A stretch of DNA of 49,590 bases. It comes from Clostridiaceae bacterium (GTDB taxonomy: Bacteria; Bacillota; Clostridia; DSM-8532). A program made the translations under genes and the position numbers. The DNA is taken from positions 1 through 49,590 of the forward strand of contig JAAYGP010000274.1 of assembly GCA_012727625.1 (NCBI GenBank). The letters run 5' to 3'. The notes beneath the pieces were generated by a model. The model had not been told where the DNA came from. It saw only the letters and a list, made by a program, of their open reading frames with translations, and made no database searches. Positions 20,330 to 28,128 of the stretch are shown one piece after another. Every line of letters starts with the position of its first letter. Positions within the stretch are counted from its first letter, which is position 1.

Positions 20330-21460
20330 ATGGCCATACAAGTTTTAAAGCCAAAGTTCCATATAGATGAGTGTCTTGATGCAGTGAAAGTGTGTCTGGA
20401 AATGGGTTGGACAGGAATGGGATTCAAGACAGTAGAGTTTGAAGAAGAATGGAAGAAATATACAGGCCATCCTAACGCCCATTTCATTAATTCCAATACC
20501 GCAGGTCTGCACCTTGCAGTAAAAATTTTAAAAATGGCGAATGGCTGGAGTGATGGCGATGAAATCATTTCGTCCCCTATAACCTTTGTTTCAACAAACC
20601 ATGCCATCTTTTATGAAAATATGCATGTTACATTTGCCGATGTTGACGAATACCTCTGTATTGACCCTGATGATGTTGAAAAAAAAATCAACGGTAAAAC
20701 TCGTGCGGTAATTTTTGTCGGATACGGTGGACGTGTCGGCAGGCTTGACAAAATAATTGAAATCTGCAGAAAGAATAATCTTAAACTTATTCTTGATGCA
20801 GCCCACATGTCCGGCACCCGTGTAAATGGAGTTTGTCCAGGTACATGGGATGGAGTTGATGTTGCCGTATATTCATTTCAGGCAGTAAAGAACCTTCCTA
20901 CCGGCGATAGTGGCATGATCTGCTTCAAAGAAGAGCGTTTTGATAAATTGGCACGTCAAATTGCCTGGCTTGGTATTAACAAAGATACATACGCCCGCTC
21001 AAACAAAGGCACATATTCTTGGAAATATGATGTTGATTATATTGGATATAAGTATAATGGTAACGCCATTATGGCAGCGATTGCCCTAGTTCAGTTAAAG
21101 TATCTGGATGAAGAGAATGCAAGAAGACGTCAGATTGTTGAAAGGTACAATAGGGGTTTTAAAGATAATAAAAATATACAAATAATTCCTGCGAATTATG
21201 CTGATGAATGTTCTTTTCATCTGTATGAACTGGTTGTTCCTGACAGGGAAGCATTGTTGGATTACCTGTCACAGAGAGGAATCAACTGCGGTGTGCACTA
21301 TCGTGATAATACGGAGTATAGTATGTATCACTATGCCAAGGGTACTTGCCCGCATGCTCATGTAATAAGTCAGCACCTCATTAGTATGCCACTTCATATG
21401 TGGCTGACCGATGATGAAGTGTATAGTATTATTGATGCTGTAAATGGGTTTTTAAAATGA
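20330..21460 (+). CDS. DegT/DnrJ/EryC1-family PLP sugar aminotransferase (NDP-4-keto-6-deoxyhexose transaminase)
   Basis: SSPITFVSTNHA, LDAAHM and YSFQAVKNL (PLP lysine); 376 aa, located between rfbB and rfbC. Confidence 0.9.
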   Translation: MAIQVLKPKFHIDECLDAVKVCLEMGWTGMGFKTVEFEEEWKKYTGHPNAHFINSNTAGLHLAVKILKMANGWSDGDEIISSPITFVSTNHAIFYENMHVTFADVDEYLCIDPDDVEKKINGKTRAVIFVGYGGRVGRLDKIIEICRKNNLKLILDAAHMSGTRVNGVCPGTWDGVDVAVYSFQAVKNLPTGDSGMICFKEERFDKLARQIAWLGINKDTYARSNKGTYSWKYDVDYIGYKYNGNAIMAAIALVQLKYLDEENARRRQIVERYNRGFKDNKNIQIIPANYADECSFHLYELVVPDREALLDYLSQRGINCGVHYRDNTEYSMYHYAKGTCPHAHVISQHLISMPLHMWLTDDEVYSIIDAVNGFLK

Positions 21461-21981
21461 GTAAAGTAGTTTTAAGAAAAATCAATGAGTTAGATACAGC
21501 AAACATTGTACGGTGGAGAAATTCAGAATCAGTAAAGATGAATCTTTTTACTCAATCTGAACTAAGTGCAGAGCAACATTTGGATTGGCTGAAGAATAAG
21601 GTTGAATCCGGACTCTGTGATCAATATATTATTGTTATTTCGGAAGATAACACATGCACTGATGTTGGCACCGTGATCATCAAGAATATTGATAGGAAAA
21701 ATAAAAAAGGCGAATTTGGCATTTTTATCGGTGAAGAGTCTTATAGGGGAAAAGGCTATGCCCAAGAAGCAACTAAACAGATTCTTGAAATAGGATTTTC
21801 AGAGTTAAATTTAAACCGTATATATCTCTATGTAATGTCTGATAACATAGCTGGAATAAAGGCATACAAAAAAGCCGGGTTTGAAATAGAAGGAATTCTT
21901 AAGGAAGATTATCTTCGGGGAGATAAGTTTATAGATATAGTAGTAATGGGTATAACAAAGGGAAAATGGAAACTGAGATAA
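21457..21981 (+). CDS. GNAT N-acetyltransferase (PseH/WecD/RimL-like), probable amino-sugar N-acetylase
   Basis: IVRWRN...EQHLDWL and RGKGYAQEATKQILEIGF..LNLNRIYLYV...N..A...Y.K.GF; ATGA overlap with the aminotransferase. Confidence 0.85.
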   Translation: MSKVVLRKINELDTANIVRWRNSESVKMNLFTQSELSAEQHLDWLKNKVESGLCDQYIIVISEDNTCTDVGTVIIKNIDRKNKKGEFGIFIGEESYRGKGYAQEATKQILEIGFSELNLNRIYLYVMSDNIAGIKAYKKAGFEIEGILKEDYLRGDKFIDIVVMGITKGKWKLR

Positions 21982-22017
21982 TAGCCAATACTATTATTAT
22001 ATGAGGAGTTGACGATA

Positions 22018-22596
22018 ATGTCTCAAATAGAAGTAATAAAGAATCCTAATGGCATAGAAGGTTTAGCAGTTATAAAACCGACAGTGCATAGAGATTCACG
22101 TGGTTATTTTGTAGAAACATATAATCAAAAAGAAATGGAAGAGGCTGGCCTTTTCCTGACATTTGTTCAGGATAACCAGAGTAAATCTTATAAGGGTGTT
22201 CTTCGAGGTTTGCATTTTCAGAAAAATTATCCGCAAGGCAAGCTGGTGCGTGTAATTCAGGGAGCTGTTTATGATGTAGCAGTTGATTTACGCAAAAACA
22301 GTCCCACCTATGGCTCTTATTATGGTATTATTCTTACAGATACCAATTTTCTTCAGTTTTTCATACCAAAGGGCTTTGCACATGGATTTTTAGTTCTCTC
22401 CGATGAGGCTGTGTTTGCATATAAATGCACAGATTATTACCACCCAAACGATGAAGGTGGACTTGCATGGGATGATCCTGATATTGGAATTAAATGGCCG
22501 TTGGATGGAATAGAAAAAGTAAAGCTGAGTGAGAAAGATAAGGCTAATCCGATCCTTAAAAAGATCGAAACGAGTGGCTTTAAGTTTATGTTTTGA
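22018..22596 (+). CDS. rfbC: dTDP-4-dehydrorhamnose 3,5-epimerase (RmlC cupin)
   Basis: HRDSRGYFVETY..FVQDNQS.S.KGVLRGLHFQ...QGKLVRV..G.V.DV.VD.R; GAGGAG RBS upstream of the ATG at 22018. Confidence 0.9.
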   Translation: MSQIEVIKNPNGIEGLAVIKPTVHRDSRGYFVETYNQKEMEEAGLFLTFVQDNQSKSYKGVLRGLHFQKNYPQGKLVRVIQGAVYDVAVDLRKNSPTYGSYYGIILTDTNFLQFFIPKGFAHGFLVLSDEAVFAYKCTDYYHPNDEGGLAWDDPDIGIKWPLDGIEKVKLSEKDKANPILKKIETSGFKFMF

Positions 22597-22775
22597 TTTA
22601 TCCCATAAATCACCAGTCACTTTGGAGATTTATAATACATTGTAATCTTAATCAATTGCATATAAGTTTATAACTTTCATATTGGTGGTTAGTCTAGAGA
22701 AGTTTTTAGTTTTATGATGGCAAATGTAATTAATTATAATCAATAAAATGATTTATATGGAGGAGAGTAATTAAA

Positions 22776-24149
22776 ATGAGTTTTGACGATCTTTATAATG
22801 GAATCGTAAACAGAAAAGAAAAAATCAGTTTGATAGGACTTGGCTACGTGGGATTACCTATAGCTGTATCATTTTCAAAAAGAGCAGATGTTATAGGTTT
22901 TGACATAAGCAAAGAAAAGATTAATTTATATAAAAATGGTATAGACCCTACGAAAGAAGTAGGAAATGAGGCCATAGCTGCTTGTATGGTGGATTTTACT
23001 TCTGACGAAACAAGACTAAGAGAAGCAAAGTTTCACATAGTAGCTGTTCCAACTCCAGTAAATGCGGATCATACACCTGACTTATCTCCAGTTACCGGAG
23101 CAAGCACCATTTTAGGGCGCAATCTTTGCAGAGGTTCAATTGTTGTTTATGAATCAACAGTATACCCCGGAGTAACAGAGGATATATGTGTTCCCATATT
23201 GGAGAAAGAATCTGGATTGAAGTGTGGAGTGGATTTTAAAGTAGGTTACTCTCCGGAAAGAATTAATCCTGGTGATAAAATACATAGACTTGAGACTATC
23301 GTAAAAGTCGTCTCTGGTATGGATGAAGAATCTTTAGATGTTATTGCCAAAGTCTATGAACTTGTGGTAAAAGCCGGTGTGTATAGAGCAGAATCAATAA
23401 TGGTTGCCGAAGCAGCTAAGGTTATCGAGAACTCCCAAAGAGATATTAACATAGCTTTTATGAATGAGCTGTCCATTATTTTCAATAAAATTGGAATTGA
23501 CACTAAGGCTGTATTGAAAGCAGCTAAAACTAAATGGAATTTCCTAGATTTCTCCCCTGGATTGGTTGGCGGTCATTGTATAGGGGTTGACCCATATTAT
23601 CTAACTTACAAAGCTGAGCAGATTGGTTACCATTCTCAGATAATTTTGTCCGGTAGGCGTATAAATGATGATATGGGTAAATATGTAGCAGAAAATACTG
23701 TAAAAAAGATGATTCAGGCAAATAAACCTATTAAAGGAGCACATATAGCTATCCTTGGTATTACTTTTAAAGAAAATTGTCCGGATTGCAGAAATTCCAG
23801 GGTTATTGATATTATAAAAGAGTTAAATGAATATGGAGTAAATATTCAGGTAATAGATCCAGTAGCTGATGTAAGAGAAGTTGAAAGAGAATATGGAATT
23901 AAATTAGGGAAGATTGAGGATATAAAAGGAGTAGACGCAGTAATTTTTGCCGTAGCACACAAAGAATTTGCTGATCTGAAACTTCGTATAATTAAGAATT
24001 GGTATCGGACAGACACCAATCAAACCCATAATGGAGAAGTATCTGTAGCCTCTAAATGTGACAGCTCTAAAACTGTTCTTATCGATGTAAAAGGTATTTT
24101 TGACATAAAAGAAGCAGAAGAATTAAATTATTTATACTGGAGGCTTTAG
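22776..24149 (+). CDS. UDP-N-acetyl-hexosamine 6-dehydrogenase (WbpO/TviB/Cap5O-type nucleotide-sugar dehydrogenase)
   Basis: [47 protein letters not shown]. Confidence 0.9.
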   Translation: MSFDDLYNGIVNRKEKISLIGLGYVGLPIAVSFSKRADVIGFDISKEKINLYKNGIDPTKEVGNEAIAACMVDFTSDETRLREAKFHIVAVPTPVNADHTPDLSPVTGASTILGRNLCRGSIVVYESTVYPGVTEDICVPILEKESGLKCGVDFKVGYSPERINPGDKIHRLETIVKVVSGMDEESLDVIAKVYELVVKAGVYRAESIMVAEAAKVIENSQRDINIAFMNELSIIFNKIGIDTKAVLKAAKTKWNFLDFSPGLVGGHCIGVDPYYLTYKAEQIGYHSQIILSGRRINDDMGKYVAENTVKKMIQANKPIKGAHIAILGITFKENCPDCRNSRVIDIIKELNEYGVNIQVIDPVADVREVEREYGIKLGKIEDIKGVDAVIFAVAHKEFADLKLRIIKNWYRTDTNQTHNGEVSVASKCDSSKTVLIDVKGIFDIKEAEELNYLYWRL

Positions 24150-24150
24150 A

Positions 24151-25125
24151 ATGGGTTATAAACATTTAAAATTTGCTCGGGATAGTATTTTCCTGGTAAC
24201 TGGAGGTGCTGGTTTTATTGGATCTAACCTTTGTGAAGCTATATTGAATATGGGTTTTAAAGTAGTATGTTTAGATAATTTCTCCACCGGAAAAAGAGAA
24301 AACATTGAGGAATTTCTTGATAATAAAAATTTTAGATTAATTGAAGGTGACATACGCAATTTGGAAACCTGTATGATGGCTTGTGACAGGGTAGATTATG
24401 TTCTACATCAAGCGGCTTGGGGATCAGTACCTCGAAGTATAGAGATGCCTTTATTATATGAAGAGATAAATATTAAGGGTACCCTTAATATGATGGAGGC
24501 AGCTAGGCGGCAAAAGGTTAAGAAATTTGTTTATGCCTCTAGTTCATCAGTATACGGAGATCACCCGATATTGCCCAAAAAAGAGGGACAAGAGGGAAAA
24601 CTACTTTCCCCTTATGCACTGACAAAAAGGGTTAATGAAGAGTACGGAAGACTTTATAAAGAGTTATATGGTTTGAATACCTATGGTTTGAGGTATTTTA
24701 ATGTATTTGGCAGGAGACAGAATCCGGATGGAATTTATGCTGCAGTTATTCCCAAGTTTATCAAACAACTTATGAATAACGAAAGACCTACCATTCATGG
24801 AGATGGAAATCAGTCAAGAGATTTTACATATATAGAAAACGTAATAGAAGCTAACATTAAAGCTTGTTTAGCAAAACCAGAGGTAGCAGGACAATCTTTT
24901 AACATAGCTTATGGAGGTGAAGTATTCCTAATTGATATTTATTATTTACTGTGCAAAGTATTAGAAAAAAATATAGAACCAATTTTCGGTGAAGAAAGGC
25001 GTGGAGATATCAAACATAGCCATGCTGATATAAGTAAAGCAAGAGATCTTTTGGGATATGAACCCGAGTGGAGCTTTGAGCAAGGAATTAAGGTTGCGAT
25101 TAGGTGGTATTTGGAAAATATATAA
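24151..25125 (+). CDS. UDP-GlcNAc/UDP-GlcNAcA 4-epimerase (WbpP/TviC-type SDR)
   Basis: VTGGAGFIGSNL, GDIRNLE, VLHQAAWGSVPRS, ASSSSVYGD, SPYALTK, LRYFNVFGRRQNPDG.YAAVIPKF: near motif-for-motif with WbpP as I recall it. Confidence 0.85.
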   Translation: MGYKHLKFARDSIFLVTGGAGFIGSNLCEAILNMGFKVVCLDNFSTGKRENIEEFLDNKNFRLIEGDIRNLETCMMACDRVDYVLHQAAWGSVPRSIEMPLLYEEINIKGTLNMMEAARRQKVKKFVYASSSSVYGDHPILPKKEGQEGKLLSPYALTKRVNEEYGRLYKELYGLNTYGLRYFNVFGRRQNPDGIYAAVIPKFIKQLMNNERPTIHGDGNQSRDFTYIENVIEANIKACLAKPEVAGQSFNIAYGGEVFLIDIYYLLCKVLEKNIEPIFGEERRGDIKHSHADISKARDLLGYEPEWSFEQGIKVAIRWYLENI

Positions 25126-25248
25126 ATGTGAAACAATCCAAGAACTTATTTACATCCAAAGCGAATAGATATGCATAAAAAACTAAACAATACATATAAG
25201 ATAAGTTTAAATTATAGTTTATACCGAAGGAAAGTTGGGGGAATCAAA

Positions 25249-27900
25249 ATGATAATAAAAAACGGCATCAAACCTGTTACATGTATAATCCTCTGCGCAG
25301 GCAGAGGAACGAGGATGCAATCCAAAGACACCCACAAAGTGTGTTTCCCTATTGGCGGAAAACCGGCTATATTGCATTCCATGGAAAGATATAAGGCTGC
25401 TGGGTTAACCAGGTTTACCGTGGTTGTCGGGACCATGGCAGAACAGGTGATGTCCGTAATCTCCTCAACGTATGACGGTATAAACTACGCTTTCCAGAAA
25501 GAAGCTCTTGGCACAGGCAATGCGGCAAGGATCGGTTTTGAATCCATCGAAGCCTATGATCCTCAGGGAGCAATAATGGTTACCATGGGGGATAAAATAA
25601 TTGAACACCGGGTGATTGAACGCCTTATGTCGGAATTCTATGAAAATGATTTGGATTTGGCTTTTGTCGCAGGGCCCAGGGAGTTTAACCCGGCAGGCGG
25701 ACATGTGGTTATTGATGATGGGAAAGTATGCGGTATTGTGGAAAGCCTGGATATTGAAAAGGCCAAATTATATAATCGCATTTTAAACCAGCTTCAAACC
25801 GGTGCTTATCGTGACATTGATCCGCGGGAAAACATAAAGGAAATTTCAAAAAACATTATATCCTCCGAAAGAAAACGGGAAAAAATAATTAAGCAGCTAG
25901 AAAATATAATGGAGCAAATATGTAACGGCGAAACAGAAAAAGCCATTTTATTGCTTAAGGAAAACGCAGCCATTAAGCTTGGTGGTAGGACTTATGAACC
26001 TGGGTTTCTGGAAAAGGCTCAATATGTAAACTCTGCCATATATATTTTTAAAACCGATGCATTCAAATTTGGTCTTTCAAAAATGACAACCCAAAATGCA
26101 GACAGAGAAGAATATTTAACAGAAGCTATCAACAGCATCTGCAGTTCAAGGGAATATAAAACGTCTGTCATTGTTGTTAAGGAACAAGAAAGCATATTAA
26201 CATATAACAATGTGGTTGAATTACTGCAGGTTGAAGAAATCCTGACAGGCTCAAAAGATCAGTTGAGCTTAAAAAAGAGTGAATATAAGCCGGTTGATGA
26301 ATGGATTGCCCTGTTTAAGGAAATGCCCGATTCTTTGCATAATATCTTAACTGATATATATGGCGACAATCCCGAAAGAATTGAAGAGAGAAGAGCTGAG
26401 TATATAAAGGTTCTGGAGCACTTTCGCAAAAGGTACGGAGCAAATAAAAAAGTGGTAATAACCAGAGCTCCGGGGCGGATTAATTTAATGGGTCGCCATG
26501 TGGAACACAGGGGAGGGAATGTCAATGTTATCTCAATTGACAAAGAGGTAATATGTGTTGCATCGCCTAACCCGGCGCAAGTAAACGTAACAAATGTAAG
26601 CTCCGATTATGAAGAAGGAAAGTTTTCAATTGAAGAATACTTTAAAAATGTCAATTGGGATAACTGGCTTGGTTATTTGGAATCAAGTGAAATATCCAAA
26701 AAGATCCTGGAAAAGCAGGGCGACTGGCTGAACTATGTAAAAGCTCCGATCATAAGGCTTCAGTATCTTTACAAGGACAGAAAGCTTACAGGAATGGATA
26801 TGGCGTTTAACGGCAATATTCCTGTTGCAGCCGGGCTTTCAAGCTCATCAGCCATTGTTGTTGCAACTGCCGAAGCTGCCGTGGCGTTAAATAACCTGGA
26901 TGTTAAACCGCAAAAGTTTGTGGATTTATGCGGGGAAGGCGAATGGTTCGTTGGTTCGAGAGGAGGAGCAGGGGATCATGCCGCAATAAAATTCGGTCAA
27001 AGAGGCTATATAGCAACATTGGGTTTCTTCCCTTTCAGATATAAAGGATCCTTTGAGTTTCCAAAGGGTTACAAACTGTTAATAGCAAATTCATTTGTCA
27101 AAGCCAACAAGACAACAAACGCCAGGGATTTGTTTAATCAGCGTGTTGCGTCTTATGAATTTGGGTTTATGATGTTTAAAGACAAATTTCCGGAATATAA
27201 AGATAAGGTTCGTCATATCAGAGACATTAACCCTGAAAACCTGGGCGTCACCCCCAGCAAAATATATTCAATGCTTCTTGAAATTCCGGAAAAGATTCCA
27301 TCCGATAAAATATCAAGCATTATTTCCCCGGAATATGCCAATGATATAAAAAGGATTATGAAAACCCACAAAGTGCCGAAAGAGTATGAGATTCGTTCCG
27401 TATTAATGTATGGAATAGCAGAATGCAGGAGATCCTTTATATTCGGAAAGCTTATGGAAAAGGGAGACTTAGAGGGTGTTGGCCGCATGATGAAAATTAG
27501 TCATGACGGGGACAGAGTGGCCAGACTGGATGAAAATAATAAAATGCAAAAATATGAATACGATTTGTCAGACGATGTTTTAAAAAGCCTGATTGATGAC
27601 TTAAAAAGCGAAGACGTAAGTCGGGTATATTCCGCACAAATTGAAAACCAGCCCGGAGGATATGCCTGCTCCACACCTGAGATTGACTTCATTGTTGACA
27701 CAGTAAACAGGATTGATGGTGTTTTAGGCGCGCAATTGTCAGGCGCTGGCCTTGGTGGATGTGTCATGATATTAGCCAAAGACGAAGCTGTTGAAAAAAT
27801 AGTATCAACACTTAAGAAATGCTACTATGAACCGGGAGATTTTGATGATGGAATAACAATATCAATCCCGGTAAAAGGCTCAGGACTTATCGGGATATAA
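25249..27900 (+). CDS. Bifunctional sugar-1-phosphate nucleotidyltransferase (N-terminal) / GHMP sugar kinase (C-terminal) fusion
   Basis: N-terminal ILCAGRGTRM...ALGTGNAA (NTP_transferase). C-terminal RAPGRINLMGRHVEHRGG (GalK-like motif I), PVAAGLSSSSAIVVA (GHMP motif II) and SGAGLGGCVM (motif III). GGGGGA RBS upstream of the ATG at 25249. Confidence 0.8.
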   Translation: MIIKNGIKPVTCIILCAGRGTRMQSKDTHKVCFPIGGKPAILHSMERYKAAGLTRFTVVVGTMAEQVMSVISSTYDGINYAFQKEALGTGNAARIGFESIEAYDPQGAIMVTMGDKIIEHRVIERLMSEFYENDLDLAFVAGPREFNPAGGHVVIDDGKVCGIVESLDIEKAKLYNRILNQLQTGAYRDIDPRENIKEISKNIISSERKREKIIKQLENIMEQICNGETEKAILLLKENAAIKLGGRTYEPGFLEKAQYVNSAIYIFKTDAFKFGLSKMTTQNADREEYLTEAINSICSSREYKTSVIVVKEQESILTYNNVVELLQVEEILTGSKDQLSLKKSEYKPVDEWIALFKEMPDSLHNILTDIYGDNPERIEERRAEYIKVLEHFRKRYGANKKVVITRAPGRINLMGRHVEHRGGNVNVISIDKEVICVASPNPAQVNVTNVSSDYEEGKFSIEEYFKNVNWDNWLGYLESSEISKKILEKQGDWLNYVKAPIIRLQYLYKDRKLTGMDMAFNGNIPVAAGLSSSSAIVVATAEAAVALNNLDVKPQKFVDLCGEGEWFVGSRGGAGDHAAIKFGQRGYIATLGFFPFRYKGSFEFPKGYKLLIANSFVKANKTTNARDLFNQRVASYEFGFMMFKDKFPEYKDKVRHIRDINPENLGVTPSKIYSMLLEIPEKIPSDKISSIISPEYANDIKRIMKTHKVPKEYEIRSVLMYGIAECRRSFIFGKLMEKGDLEGVGRMMKISHDGDRVARLDENNKMQKYEYDLSDDVLKSLIDDLKSEDVSRVYSAQIENQPGGYACSTPEIDFIVDTVNRIDGVLGAQLSGAGLGGCVMILAKDEAVEKIVSTLKKCYYEPGDFDDGITISIPVKGSGLIGI

Positions 27901-27993
27901 GACAAAAGACAAGTGATGGCTCCGTCTTGTAGCTTATGATGGTGATTTTAACGTCGCTTTATAATAGTATTGAAAAATAGTCGCAAACCGATG

Positions 27994-28061
27994 TGCAACG
28001 AAAACAAAAAAATCGCTTCAGGATGCAACGATAAATAATGCGGTAAAGCAGGCGTTGCATC
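27994..28061. repeat. Cluster 1 of the ATGCAACGATAA motif (one exact copy, one 10/12 copy, one inverted partial forming a 9-bp hairpin)
   Basis: gTGCAACGAaAA at 27993-28004; exact ATGCAACGATAA at 28023-28034; GATGCAACG (28022-28030) pairs with CGTTGCATC (28053-28061). Confidence 0.6.
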
Positions 28062-28128
28062 AGGGAAGTGCTTATGGTAATGCCCTACCGGGTAAAAAAG
28101 TTGTATGTTCAAAAAGGAGAATTAAAAA

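Noticed and set aside
27966-28128. Cobalamin riboswitch upstream of the B12-binding protein gene
   Set aside because: I looked for the B12-box and the conserved GGGAA...GGTG...GCCACTG core. Only a stray GGGAAG is present. The region is better described by the ATGCAACGATAA motif and hairpin.
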